Source: Octopus vulgaris
Taxonomy: Eukaryota
Reading direction: 5' to 3'
Length of the DNA: 64,000 bases
NCBI GenBank assembly: GCA_951406725.2
Contig: OX597826.1
Span: 19,902,001 to 19,966,000, forward strand
In this document: piece after piece, positions 1 to 14,581 of the stretch
Position numbering within the stretch: position 1 is the first letter of the stretch
Layout: each line of letters opens with the position of its first letter
Made by a program: the position numbers and the translations under genes
Notes under the pieces: model-generated
What the model saw: only the letters and a program-made list of their open reading frames with translations
Databases searched by the model: none
What the model was told of the DNA's origin: nothing

Positions 1-265
1 TGGACTTATAACATTTCAAACTCAAATGAGCTAAGAAGGTGAAGAGATCCTTGCACTGAAATTGAGAAAAGAACTACACGCACCACAACAGAAATTGCAA
101 AAAAATATACATTTTTTCTTTCTTTCCATCTTTTTCTTTTTCTTCATCACTTTTCTACAAAAATTCAATAAGACTGAACTTTCAGTGAAATCTCTTTAAT
201 AAGATTTGTTTTAACCTGAGCCCCAAAAGTAATGATTAACTATATTTTATTTTTATTTTTATCTT

Positions 266-286
266 TTATATTATGATTATAATTAA

Positions 287-356
<70 letters not shown>

Positions 357-425
357 ATTACTATCATTATCATTGTTATTATTATTATTACTATCATTAT
401 TATTACTATAATTATTTGTAATATT
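266..425. repeat. (TTA)n / degenerate trinucleotide microsatellite
   Basis: Seen directly. Confidence 0.95.
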
Positions 426-489
426 ACTAAATTTATTATCTTCATTAATTGAATCAAATTTTATCTTATTTTTATTTTTATTTTTATTA

Positions 490-930
490 CTATTTTTTTA
501 ATTCTAATATTAAATTTATGATTTGTATCATAACATTTCTATTATTATTAAGACGATAAATACCTAAATAAAATTTATCATAATTCAGATAAGTAGGTTT
601 ATCATTATAAAAATCATTAAAACTATTATTCTTTAAATTATAATTACGTCTACAAATATTAAAGAATTTAATATTATTATTGTATCTTGCCTCATTCAGG
701 GCTTTATTATAATAAGGTGCATGTTTATTAAAAGTCTCTAAATCATAAGAAAGTAATGATATTCTTTTACCTACATTATTTATCAACGATTTTTAACAGA
801 AGGTAGATGATTACTATAAGCATTAATATATCTGAGATTTTCATTAATTTTATGGAATGGTTGGGTTTTACTCCTTATTAAATTAAAATTAACATTTAAA
901 TAATTAACATTATAGTTCACATTATAAATT
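490..930 (-). mobile_element. Penelope-like element remnant (RT C-terminal region)
   Basis: Peptide NNVGKRISLLSY..FNKHAPYYNKALNEARY resembles the PLE RT thumb region. A hammerhead motif and an inverted repeat are adjacent. Confidence 0.65.
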
Positions 931-1039
931 TCTTTTAAAGAAATTATAAAAATAATTATTATTTGAGTGAATATTATTCTTAACTTACAGGGGAAAAATT
1001 GAATTTAGAAATACTAAATCAAATTTCACAAAATATAAT

Positions 1040-1863
<824 letters not shown>

Positions 1864-1875
1864 GGAGATATAGAT

Positions 1876-2195
1876 AAATCCCATTGACTCTAGCAGTTGG
1901 ACCGCTGTTGAAAGGAAGACTAAACGACATCCTCACAATAAACAGTTTCATGGACATCCAGGTGATGTCCGAAATGAATAAAATCCATCTAGCGTAGGCA
2001 TGTCAACAATTCCGGTCCCGCATTGAAGCATTCATTGAAGAAGAAGGAAAATTCGTAGAATATTCTTATATAAGGAATCTTAACAAAGCTTAACAAAGAT
2101 TATCAAAATGTACATCTATTAAAATATAGTTGGCTTTTGCTAGATTAGAGTTGATGATTTATTATATTAACGAATATATCCTCTGGTGCCCAGTA
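1876..2195 (+). mobile_element. 3' remnant of a Tc1/mariner DD37D-like transposon
   Basis: Degenerate LNPID..W..VERKT..HPH motif, similar to the 4.2-4.9 kb element. Confidence 0.5.
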
Positions 2196-2599
2196 TATTA
2201 CCAGGCGCATTGAATTAGAGTGTAAAATGTAAGTGTTTGAGTATTTCACAGACGTGTAACCATCAGGTGCTATCAGTGTGACAGTGTGTGACAAAGATTG
2301 GATACAATTCTTATGACAGGCTTCCATATTCCATCTACCCAATTCTATTCACCAGGTATGGATCGACTCGAATATATAGAAAATGACACTTGCACAATAC
2401 GCTACGCATGGGAATCGAAACCGAGACCTCATGAATGCAAAACGAACTTCTTAACATTCAACCATATCATGTTCAAAATACAATCATCTTGTTGGCACTT
2501 AAATGAGTGAACGCTTGTGAAATCTAGGTGCTATAAGCAATTTTCACATGAGTATATGCATGCAGGCACGCGCAAGATTGTTTTTGTTATCTACACTCC

Positions 2600-4190
2600 C
2601 ATGATGGAATTTTGTATTTTTGTTAGAAACCAGCTTCTCGAGTCTCAGTGTGAGAGCACACTACAATTGACATGATCTCTCCGCAATAATTTCAAGAAAA
2701 TGCAGAGAGCGAAGACTACTCTACATCGCTTTCGCTGACCTTACAAAGACCTAACACCTTGTGAGCAGAGAAGGCCTACTCGAAATTTTTTCCAAGATTG
2801 GGTACCCACCACCACTACATTGCACTCGGGATTATTCAGATATTCAAAACAGACATGAAAATCGTCATTCATTTCGATATCTCTTCCTCTGAATCTTTCG
2901 GCATTTTCCTTAGAGTGAAACAGGAGTGCGTGTTCTTCCCTATTTTGTTTGGTATCGTCATTGCTGTCGTGTTGAAGAACGGCTAAAGATACATACAACA
3001 AGATACATACTGTCTCCTCGACTGAAGGCAAACACCAAAGTATGTAATGTACTCATCAGGGACATGCTATTTACAGTTGGTGCGGAACTGGCTACACACT
3101 TGAAACTACATCGCCTCATGAATACCTTCACAAGGGCATGTTAGAACTTGACCATCAGTCTCAATAAGAGAAACGTGCTGGGCCAAGATATTGAACACTC
3201 CTATCATCAACATTAACAATTGTAAAATAGGAGCAGTTCACAAGTTTACAAACCTCGGCTCCACCATTACGGATGGCCTATCACCGGAGACTGAGATCAA
3301 CAAGCGTATTGGAAGATTTGCCTGAAACCTAGCGAGAGTCATTACGAAACTCTGAGAGAACCGTAAGCTGACTGGACACACCAAGTCTGCAGTTTTCTTA
3401 GTACACTACTGTATGGAAATGAGGCCTGCAGTATCTACTCCAGATAAGAGTGGTATCGCAATGCATTCCATCTTTGCAGTCTGAGCTGAATTCTGAACAT
3501 CGATTAGACTGGCTGGGACATCAACTACAAGGTTCTGACTCGAGTATATATATATTTCTTTACTACCCACAAGGGGCCAAACAAGGATAGACAAACGGAT
3601 TAAGTCGATTACATTGACCCCAGCGCGAAACTGGTACTTTATTTATCGACCCGAAAGGATGAAAGGCAAAGTTGACCTCGGCGGAATTTGAACTCAGAAC
3701 GTAACGACAGACGAAATACCGCTAAGTATTTCGCCTGGTGTGCAAACGTTTCTGCCAGCTCGCCGCCTTTCCAGCTCGCCGCCTGACTCGAGTATATATA
3801 TTTCGTCTCTTCATCCAACTGCAACAACGACACCTCCGTTGCATATCAGATAAAAGGATTCCAAAAGAATTGATATGTGGTGAACTGGCCCCCGTCAAGC
3901 GAACACAACGACGACCCCATGTTTGTCTCAAAATTATTTGCAAGACTCTTTACATGAACGTTGAAAAATATGAGACATTGCTGATGCTTCTGATGACTAG
4001 AGTTTAAAAAGACGAAAGGAGGGATTAAAGATTGCTGAGGTAGAAAATGCAGCACTAAGAAAAATATTAGTGGACATCGCCTTAAAGTGTAGTCACTACG
4101 ATCGGGTCTGCCGCTCATTTGCTGGTTTCTATATTCACAATTATAGTTCCGCCAACAAGACTTGATTTTCTGGTGCAACCCATGGTCTCG
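2600..4190 (+). mobile_element. Decayed RTE-clade LINE, interrupted by a SINE
   Basis: Frameshifted RT motifs VKQECVFFPILFGI (QGC..P), IRDMLF(ADD), VHKFTNLGSTI and RIPKELICGEL. Confidence 0.8.
3553..3782 (-). mobile_element. tRNA-derived SINE (family 1) with 18-bp TSD
   Basis: Reverse complement of the 37784-38022 copy. TSD ctgactcgagtatatata at 3535-3552 and 3783-3800. Confidence 0.85.
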
Positions 4191-4219
4191 CGAAATTAAT
4201 GGATATCTCTTCCTATATG

Positions 4220-4900
4220 TATACAGTGTGCGATGGATAAATTGTCGCCATTTATATTTTTAATCTCGCACATATATATTGTTTTGATTTTGTTGACTAC
4301 ATAGTATTGTATGGTCAGTTGGGCACCGTCTTTGAGACAAACAGCACCACTCTGCCAGAAATTTGGAAACAACATGCTGTACTGCCTGGCACGCACCAGA
4401 AGCTCCAATACGAACAGATGGTGAACACACAGAACAACCGTTGGCTTGCCGGCTCCCCAAAACATGTACCGAGAGTAATAAAAATCTATCATCCAGTCAA
4501 CATTATGGTGCTTGGAGTGATCACCAGTGATGGCGATGTTATGCCTCCATTCATCTTCCCACACAACCTCAGACTCAACCCAGAGGCCTACATCAAGTGC
4601 CTGGAAGAGGTAGTGCTGCTCTGGATCAAGAGAGTGGCTGCTGGAAGACCCTATATCTGGCAACAGGACTCTCACCATGCCACACAAGAAGGAGAACCCA
4701 GTTATGGTTGTCAGACAATTTCTGTGACCACATCACCCCTAACACCTGGTCACCAAACTCCCCAGACTTCAACTCCCTTGATTATGTGTGGGGCGTAGTT
4801 GAGCGGGAGACCAATAAAACTTGTAAAACCAAAGATGAACTGAAGGCAAGGATTATGGCAGCATTCACCAACTTAAACAATAAGACCGTCCAGACTGTGT
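4220..4900 (+). mobile_element. DD37D (maT-like) transposase remnant
   Basis: HPVNIMVLGVITSDGDVMPPFIF, YIWQQDS and WSPNSPDFNSLDYVWG across a frameshift. Confidence 0.8.
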
Positions 4901-4914
4901 CGGTGAAATTTATG

Positions 4915-5459
4915 TGTAGTTTCGATTTCTTGTAACGGTGTTGGAACCTGAAAAGTGTCATAGAGCCAATCCATAGGTATTTCTACTCTTGTTGGTTCCT
5001 TTTCCATGACGCTTTTCTTAAGCTGATTTCTATGTCTCCTTTCTATTCCATTCCTGCTTCTTACACCATACATCATTCTTCCTATGTATGTTACAATTTC
5101 TCCTTCTTCTTAATGCTTTTTTTCAGCCCGGGCAAATTTGTTTTTCCTCGTTACTGTTGTAAAGCGGTCTTTTATCACTTTTATATGTCTTTTGACGATG
5201 ATTGTCGCTGTGACAGATACTGTTATACTCTGAAGTCGTCGATAGAATGCTTCTATCTGGCACTGTACGACTCCTCAAAAACTTGGATTGTTATAACGTC
5301 TATTCAGTATCACAGTATAATTACTATATCAGCACAGACACGACTATCAACACAGTCTACACGTACTCTCGACCTTCTGACAGACTATTGGTCTATTTAT
5401 AATGGCTGTGTACTACCACTTGTTACCGAGAGGGGTGTACAGTTTCACTATGAACAACA
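4915..5459 (-). mobile_element. Gypsy deletion derivative: LTR (5459-5221) plus pol C-terminal tail
   Basis: The LTR runs TGTTG...TATAACA. The tail peptide PMDWLYDTFQVPTPLQEIE matches PMYWLYDTFQVPTPLQEIE at about 34.7 kb. Confidence 0.7.
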
Positions 5460-7473
5460 TGTAAGCCTTTTGCTTAAATATCGACTTCAAGTTTTTACCA
5501 CTGATATTCTTTCTATTTTACAGGTCCCTGTTTCGAATACTGTGATTCTGGTTCCAGATTAGCAGGGTTTTTAAGTCAACCATTTTTTCTCGTATTCTTC
5601 CTACTAACTGTTTATATCCTACCAATATATTAATGTTTATTAATGTTCATCTAACAGCATATAAATTTATCTATTTTCTTTTAAATAACTAATACAATAA
5701 GTAAATTGATCATGCTTAATCAATCTAAATCAATGGTTCCTAATCTTGAAATATAGATGCAACTCTTATTTAGATAAGTTAAAAATGCATAAAAATATAA
5801 CAAATAAATACGTTTGCGGAAAACAAAAGCAATCTGCAGTTTTGTTTGATCTGCGAAGAGAATTGCATCGGCTTTCGTTGATCGACATTGAATATTGCGA
5901 TATTCGTGGTGTATGTATAATTGTTTTATCCCATTACGAGTATCATAAAATATCAGTTCAGTTTTAAGAAGAAGCTTTGATTTATTATTTACTAGCCATC
6001 TACTATCATTTAAATCATCATATATATAATTATATATGCAATCCATCGTATAAATGTAGATTGATAAACAATGCATATCAATTTGATTTCCAGTAAAAGA
6101 AACTTGTGCATTAATTTTCTCTGATCTGATTTAACACGATTTTCTCGATATTTTTGAATAATATGAAAAGCCATGTTATAAACTTCGTGCCCTTTAACAG
6201 GTAGATAACCCCGTTCATTAAGTGAATTTGTATTAAATAAGAATCGAAATGAAAGTTACGCCTCAAAACCATTTTTCATGCTTACCGAACAGTAAACCCA
6301 GTAAAACTATTCATTGTTTTATCGTAAGAGAACCTTCTGTTATGGCCAGGTTGTGATTCTTTATTTAGACTTATTTTCACTGATATCACACGTGGGAATT
6401 TATCTCAGTACCTTCATTTTTAAATTCCCCTAAAATGTAAAGATTTCTATGTGGTCAGTAGAAATTCAGGATTAAGACGTATGGTAGCAAGCGTTATAGA
6501 GAAGTAAATACCCAGTAAGACGAGTCTCAGGCGTATTTTTTCATTAATCTTTTATGCCTTATATTTCTATTCTGCTTTTGAAAAGAAGAATGAGCATCAT
6601 ATGCTGCTACATTTTCAGTTAGAACCTTTTATGAATGTATAAATTAAAGATTTCCTTATAACTGGTATAATTTTATAAAAGTGTTATTAAATCTGGTTTA
6701 TTTAATAAAATTGCCAGTATATTTCGAATGGAGTTTGTGTTGTTTTCATTAGAAATAACGAATATTGCTTTAATCAGTGTGAATTTGAATTAATGGCAAT
6801 CCCGTTGGTTCTTTTATGATCTCTTGCAGAAAATACGCATGCATCTGCACTAAGGATATTAGTTAATTGTATAGTGTTCCCTCTGCATAAAATGATGTGT
6901 TATACATACTTATAATACTTATTTACAAATAAGTGAAACAGCACGCATTGCAGCAACCTGTCTAGTTGTAAATGTGTACTACAGCGTAATGCAGTTGACT
7001 GCCATGAGTGGTGATATCTCTGTACCATTTTGTTGTCCGTCTGTAGTGCTTAGTTCAAATTTCATGCAGTAAAGTTCAAGTAGGTGTAAGGTATAAACAA
7101 ATGAATATAGATATATAATTCTATCCAAGGGATGATATCAAAGCAAACACCTGTACACATGTATGTATGCTACATTACATTCCATATAATTAAGATGTCA
7201 CCAATTAAAGATGAATTTGACAACAAAAGTATTCTTGAGAACGTTTTTGTAGCAGTAAGTATAGCTTAGAATTTCACTTTTGGTATTTGAGTTTTATACT
7301 GTAGACTAGAACTCATGTGTGTCAAACGATGGCTGCTGATTAGTCTTTGAGACTGAAAACGAAACAGGAACTGAATTTACATCTCTGATGGTTAACAAGC
7401 GTAAATTTATGGAACTACTATTTCCATGAGGTTGACTCCAACATCATATATTCGGACATTATTTCAACTTTAT

Positions 7474-7641
7474 TCACACACACACACACACACACACATT
7501 GTGATGAAGACGCTATCAGTAACTCAAACTTTTTTAATGGATAACATCCCTTTCAATGTATCGATATTTTGGGCTCATGACTGAACAGGAGTAATTTTCA
7601 CTCCTGTTCAGTCATGAGTTACTGATGGCGTCTTCATCACA

Positions 7642-7711
<70 letters not shown>
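7474..7711. repeat. Nested palindrome flanked by (CA)n/(TG)n
   Basis: Outer arms attgtgatgaagacgctatcagtaactc / gagttactgatggcgtcttcatcacaat. Inner hairpin at 7574-7618. Confidence 0.85.
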
Positions 7712-8429
7712 TACATCTTGATTTTAGAGAAATTTTAGCTTTTCTAAGAACACACAAAATACACCTTTATATATGTTTTGATGGTACAGTCAAGTAAAAG
7801 TTTTTTAAAATGTTTTTCTCACTTCTGCGACCTGCTCAGTGACAATTCAGTTGTACAATCGCACAAATCCAAAGAAAGAAAGAAATAAAAACAAACTCAA
7901 GGTAGTCGGTTATATTTAGTTCTTCTTTAATACTTCAAGCATTAATATTTTTAAATCTGGGAAACTTGTTTCCTATCATTCTCGTATCAATCCACTGCAG
8001 CTGAAATCTGAAATATAATATACAGAATAACAGAATATTTAGTATTTCAGTAACATGCTCACGTAGAGACATACTCGCTGATACACGAATACATGCATCA
8101 TTATGCAGGCATATATACAAATATGTTCATGGTAACATTTAAACATACAAAGCACATATTAAAAGTGCAGATATGGTTGCCTATAGAGAAACTCGAGTTT
8201 ATATCGCTTACTGCTCTAGTAGAAACATATTTTTAGCGACATTGTGATGTTATTCTAAACTTTGATCTTGCATAAAGAAGGATCAAATACTCTTTCACAT
8301 GGCTAAATTTGTCGTCGGAAGATATCGACATAAATACTAAACTATCTTACCTATTTATAGCGGTATAAACGAAACATGCATACGCTATCTGTAAAATAGA
8401 AATCAGAAGAGGAAGTCATACGTCTTGTG

Positions 8430-8482
<53 letters not shown>

Positions 8483-8934
8483 TACACACACACGCAACAC
8501 ACATACACACACCACATATCTATCTGTGTGTGCATATGTGTGTGTGAGTGTGTCCGTGTGTGTGTGAGTGTGTGCGTGTGTGTGCGCGTGTGTGTGCGCG
8601 TGTGTGTGCGCGTGTGTGTGTGTAATGTACTGTTCCGTGATAGAATGATCAACAAAAAAATGTACTCTATCTGGTGAGAGATAAGTATTATTTAAAAGAC
8701 ACAATACATATCTTCAAGAAAACGCGGAAGATTAAAAAAACAGAAAACGATAAAGTAAAAAACTCAAATGTAAAAAATGTAAAAGAGTTCTTCTTAGACC
8801 TTAAATTATAAGGCTGGAGAGATATCAACAAGTTAGTTAGGTATAGGCGGAATTTTCAAATTCTTCAAAATATATTTATACATATGTTTGCAACCGCTGA
8901 AAATTTCAGACCAGGACTTCAGTAGAGAGTTAGG

Positions 8935-11533
8935 GGTCTCAGACCTGAAAAGGATCTACGGTCTTTGATCTCGTGTAAGGATACTGTTCATATTAGACCG
9001 AAAAGAGAAGGTGGAGCTTACAAGCGAACAAAAATACAGTGTGCTGAAAAGGAAGTATAATATTGAAAGAAAGGGCCTGAAAGTAGTAGTGGAGGAACTG
9101 AAACAGCGCCTCGTTGCAAAGAAAGCAAAGATGGTAAGATACGACCAAAGAATGAAGGTTTACCTCCAGAATAGGTTATAGGTTATTCAGAGTAGATCAG
9201 AATAGATTCTATAAAGAAATAAATAGAGAGTGTACAGATGAAAAGTTGATACCAGATAATATTGGAAGTCAAAGGTTTTGGAGTGACATCTGGAGCAAAG
9301 ACAAGGAGCACAAGAAGTATTCTAAATGGTTGCAAGAACTGAAACAAAACAGACAGAACTAGTCATTTCAGTTAGGGAAGAAATCAGCAAAAAAATGAGC
9401 AACTTGAAGGCCCCGGGACCAGATGGAGTTCAAGGCTACTGGATCAAACGATTTGGTGAATGTCATGCACGAATAGCTGTACAACTCAACACCTTGTTAA
9501 ATTCCGACCAAGTAACACCAGAGTGGTTGACATTGGGTAGAACAGTGCTGTACCTGAAAAACATCGAAAAGGGCAATACGGTAGTCAATTAAAATTATCC
9601 TGTTTGCCACTTATATGGAAGTTATTGACTGGAATACTCGCAGAACATCTGGAAAAAAATGGAGTCCTGCCATATGAGCAGAAGGGTTGCAAGCGTGATT
9701 GCAGAGGTATCAACTCCTGATAAACTAAACTGTACTTAGAGACTGCAAGAAGAGGAAAAGTAACTTAGCCATGTCACGGATCGACTATCACGTGGCGTAC
9801 GATATGATCCCACATTCTTGGATTATGGAGTGTATTTGGCATTGCATCGAATGTTGAGCGATTGCTTGGAAAAAGTATGGCGAATTGGAGGACGGCTCTG
9901 ACAGCTTATGGAAGAAGTTTAGGGACAGTAGAAATTAGGAGGGGCATCTTCCAAGGAGACTGCCTGTCCCCACCGATCTTTGTACTGTGCTTGATACCAC
10001 TAACACTGATTCTGATGAAAGCAAAAGCTGTGTATGTATTCAAAAGCCACCAACAAAATGTCAACCATTTGTTATTCATGGATAACCTCAACCGTTATGG
10101 TAAAGATGAAGCCCAAATCAGTTCACTCGTTGATACGCTGTATACCTTCAGTGCGGCTTTCATAATGGAGTTCGGACTGAGAAAGTGTGGTGTGTTAGTC
10201 TTGAAGAGAGGCAAAATCAAATGTATGGGCAGGCTAACGATACTGTCCGGGGAGATTATGAAGCAGATAGAAGAGACGGGCTATAAGTACGGAGGGATCT
10301 GGGAAATGAATAAATTGATGGAGAAAGAAATGACAGAAAAATTGAAGGTTGAGTACTTGCTCTATCAAACCTGGGCGGTTTCACTCCTTAGATATGGAGC
10401 AGGGGTAATCGCATGAACAGTAGACGAACTAAACAGCTTAGACAGAAAGACAAGGAAGTTGCTAACTAGGTATGGGTCACTCCACCCACAAAGTGACACA
10501 GACAGACTGTATGTACCAAGAAAAAGAGGGGGAAGAGGACTTATTGGATGCGAACACAGTATTAGATCAGAAGAAAACAACATAGCATGGTATGTAAAAA
10601 TGCCACAGAACCGCTATTACTAGAAGTAAGAAGGTCAGGCTTGTGTAGGATGAAAGATTGTTGAGATAAAGCATTGTACAAGAAATTGAAAACGAATGAA
10701 ATAGATGGGTAAAGAAAAGAATGCATGGTCAATTTCATAGGGATATTGAAGATAAGACAGACAGAGAAAAAAGATGGCTGTGGATGACTAAAATTGATTT
10801 AAAACCAGAAACGGAGGCTCTAATCTGTGCTTCCCAAGAGCAAGCACTAAGAACAAACTGCATAATATACAGAATAGACAACACAGCAGAAAGTTATAAA
10901 TACAGAATCTGCGGACAAAACGGTGAAACCGTATGGCATATTACCAGCCAATGTACGCCACTAGCCCTGAAGGAATATAAGAGACGCCACGACAATATAG
11001 CCAGATTGGTCCATTGGACACTTTGCCACAAGTATGGACTTGACAGAGCGAAAAATTGGTACGACCACAAACCTGAAAGCATCGTCGAAAATAGAAATAC
11101 AAAGATCCTATGGGATTTTATGATTCAGTGCGACCATGAGATAGAGAATAGGAAACCGGACATCGTCTTAATTGAGAAATAAAACCAACTATGCTGGATC
11201 ATAGATATAGAATGCCCAGCTGACAACAAACTATGCAAAAAGGAAGAAAGAAAGGTCGAGATATATAACAAGTTAGCTTGGGAGGTGAAGCCAGTTGTGG
11301 TCGCTGAAAAAGGTGGTAGTGGTACCAATAATTATCGGAGCCCTGGGAACAGTGAGCAAAAATCTTGAGAATAGGGGCTGGAATAAGGGTGGAGCACTTG
11401 CAGAAAACAACACTGCTTGGAGCCGCTCGAATACACCGGAAGGCGCTCGAAAAATAAGAGGTGTTACCTTAGTTCACTGGTAGTGAACAGCTGAAACTGT
11501 AGTAATCTTCAGTGCTAGAAGCTGTGCAAAGGC
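8935..11533 (+). mobile_element. 5'-truncated RLE-type non-LTR retrotransposon (Dong/R4-like), decayed
   Basis: KAPGPDGVQGYWIK, RRGIFQGDCLSP, HLLFMD, a zinc-knuckle-like RICG..ETVWHITSQC, RRHD and RKPDIV endonuclease motifs. Ends in (TAA)n. Confidence 0.9.
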
Positions 11534-11582
11534 AATAATAATAATAATAATCATCATCATCATCATCATCATCATTATTATT

Positions 11583-12141
11583 AATGAGTGAGAGAGCAGT
11601 GCATGCCATCAAAGTGACACTGGGGTAAAATATACGAAGCCCAGTATACCCATCATGACTACTCGTCTGATAAGGGTACACAAGGCATATGCATCACAAC
11701 TATATGTGCGTGACATGGTGATCTCATATCAAGATAAACAGCACATGACCTTGCAGGTGGGGCCCAGTTGAAATTTTCTTCTGGTCGAGTAGCCCATCAT
11801 GCTCAAAAGGTCCCTGAATAGGATTATTTAAGGATGTTGACCGAAACACCCATGTTTCCATAGGTTAATTATCCAAACCCCAAAGAATTCCTCTCAACAC
11901 ATGGCTATGATGCTCCCCAACTATTTCTGCTCGTGATCACAGATGCACATATCGTCAGCCACTAAGAGACATGCTCAACTGGTTACGGTCAAACAACTGG
12001 CAAGCAAATCTGTGGTATTGAGCAGAATATTTGATGTAACCCATCTCTTATACCAAGATAAAACAATGTACATGATAACACTTCCAATCAGTTAAGATCA
12101 GAAACCATGAGAGTCACTGCCTGGTACTGCATCAGGGCATT
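11583..12141. mobile_element. About 560-bp non-coding interspersed repeat between TAA/TTA microsatellites
   Basis: A GC-richer block bounded on both sides by trinucleotide repeats, with no ORF. Resembles a common octopus repeat (recall). Confidence 0.45.
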
Positions 12142-12294
12142 CTTCTTCTTATTATTATTATTATTATTATTCTATGTCTGACATTTGCTTTACATTTGCA
12201 CAAGCTGGCTCCAAGTCTCACCCAGATACCTCAAGAGACAACAAGTTGGAAGTTCGTTATTATTATTATTAGTAGTAGTATTTTTATTTTTATA

Positions 12295-12520
12295 ATCCTT
12301 TCTACCGAAGGTACAAGACTTGAAATTTTGGGTGAGGGGACTAGTCGATTACGTCGATCACATTGTTTCACTGGTACTTTATTTATCGACCCTGAAATGA
12401 TAGAAAGGAAAGTCGACCTCGGCGGAATTTGAACTTTGAACGTGAAGACGGATGAACGTGAAGACGGATGAACGTGAAGACGGACGAAATGCCACTTAGC
12501 ATTTTATCCGGCGTGCTACT
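12295..12520 (-). mobile_element. tRNA-SINE family 1 copy with an internal 14-15 bp tandem triplication
   Basis: Core gtcgacctcggcggaatttgaact, followed by gaacgtgaagacgga x3. Confidence 0.8.
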
Positions 12521-12559
12521 TCCCCTCCCCAAGCTTTCAGTCATACTATAACATCTCTT

Positions 12560-12875
12560 ATCCTTCACTCGCCCTAGGACACTGGGTGTGTCTCGGCTAG
12601 TGATTGTAACAAACATGCAGATTAAAAGTAAAGAAGAAGAAGAAGAAGAAGAAGAAGAAGAAGAAGAACAAGAACAAGAACAAGAACAACAACAACAACA
12701 ACAACAACAACCTGGAAATTGAATTACAAATATATTCAAGTTTTCTTGTTGTAGGTGCCCTAGGTATGATAAAAGAAAAGATATCTAGACAACATCTCAG
12801 AAGAATTCTCAAAGAAATCCAAAAGATTGTTATGAGAAGTATTGTTCACCACCTTCGAAAAACCCTAGTAATTTA
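12560..12875 (+). mobile_element. Two LINE 3'-end fragments around a (GAA)n(GAACAA)n(CAA)n tract
   Basis: VVGALGMIK..EIQKIVMRS..HLRKTL resembles an RLE-LINE C-terminus. Confidence 0.55.
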
Positions 12876-13403
12876 AATCTTTGTTTTGTATTATATGAAT
12901 GTATTTCCATACTACCCAAGTCTTCAATTACATTTCAACATCCCTTAACCTTCATTTGCCCGAGGGCATGCTTGATTGCATCAAAAATACAGAAGAAAGA
13001 AATTATAATTTCCGTGTTTTCGTATCCGTATCAGTTCAATCTTTTGCCAGTTTATGATTCCAGCTCCATACCTAAGTGAAGTTATCGCCCATGTATTTAC
13101 CGCTTAGATTTTATTCAATCCAGACAACACCTACTGCATTCTGCGGAAATGTTCTTCACCTGTTGTTTCATTTTCTTTCTTCATGATTCCATTGAACTAT
13201 AGAATGCTAGGGTACTTATAACCTTTCTTTTTAATCTGTTTCATTACATCCCTTTTTGCAAATTGATATACATACTCGCACACATGCATTCATACATACA
13301 TACATACATACATACATACATACATACATACATACATGCATACATGCATACATACATGCATACATGCATACATGCATACATACATACATGCATACATACA
13401 TAC

Positions 13404-13503
13404 AAACCAGAAAGGAGAAGGCTAATTCGAAGACTACAGATCCAATCCATCATTGGAAATGTAAAAGTCTGTAAAACTTTCCAGAAGTTTATCATTCAAA
13501 TAC
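13404..13503 (+). mobile_element. 3' tip of the LINE family found at 16.6-18.76 kb
   Basis: aaaccagaaaggagaagg...aagtttatcatt matches 18663-18755. Preceded by (TACA)n. Confidence 0.75.
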
Positions 13504-14581
13504 ATGGAAGTGACAAAGGAGCATATACGGCATATTTTGCTTTATGAGTTCAATAAAGGCAACAACGCAACGAAATGTGCGAAGAATATTTATGCAGTAT
13601 ATGGGGATCGGACAATAACCGTAAGCCAGTGTCAACGGTGGTTCAAGAAATTCCGAGCCGGAAACTACAGTCTAGAAGACGATTCTCATCCTGAAAGATT
13701 TGTAGAGCTCGAGGAGGACGTCCTATAAACCCTGGTGGAACAAAACCCCATCGTAACTGCTGAGGCACTAATAGAGAAGCTTCGATTTGGTCATACAATC
13801 ATTCATCGATAGGTGCGTGCCATCGGAAAAGTCAGCAAATTTGGTCAATCGGTTCCTCACAAACTTTGCGAATCTAATCGCGCGCAGAGAGTGAATGTGT
13901 GTTCTTCTTTGATGTCACGTCTCACGAATGAACCATTTTGGACCGAATAGTGACTGGTGATGAGAAATAGGTTCTCTGTAAAACAAAATGTCAAGCGCCG
14001 AACATAGTGGGTAGAGAAAGGAGAAACACCGGCAGCCCAGGCTACAGAAGGTCTTCACCCACATAAGATGTTGTTATCTGTTCGTTGGGATATGAAAGGT
14101 TTAGTCTACTTTGAACTTTTAAACCCAAACCAAATGACAACAAAGAAGATCTACAGCGAGCAGCTTAAGCGACTTAAGTCGGCGCTAGAAGAAAAACGAC
14201 CACCTTTGCTTTCAAAACGAAAGGTGTTCTTCCATCAGGATAATGCTCGGCCACATACAGCGAGGATGACATCCCAAAGGCTGGAGCAGTTTCAATGGGA
14301 ATTGATGCCCCACCCACCATATTCGCCGGAGATGGCCCCATCTGATTTTCATTTGAACGAGGAAATGTAAATTCTGTAGACGAGGTCAGAACAGTATACT
14401 GGATGAGTATTTTTCGTCACGGACAGGTGAATTTTGGAAAAGGGTCCTTGTAAGTCTACCAGATAAATGGAAGAGCGTTGTAGAAAATGAAGGAGAGTAT
14501 ATTTTAAATTAAAAAAGAACTTTATCTTAATTTTGAAAAATAAAAGATAAAAAAACACATCATTTATGGGATGACCCAATA
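13504..14581 (+). mobile_element. mariner (Mos1-like) transposase pseudogene, 5' TIR missing
   Basis: HTH HIRHILLYEF..WFKKFRAG, VTGDEK, FFHQDNARPH, HPPYSPEMAPSDF, with stops and frameshifts. 3' end ...atgacccaa-TA. Confidence 0.92.

Noticed and set aside
12439-12487. Three direct repeats gaacgtgaagacgga, CRISPR-like at first glance
   Set aside because: There are no spacers and no cas genes. It is a slippage triplication inside a SINE in eukaryotic DNA.
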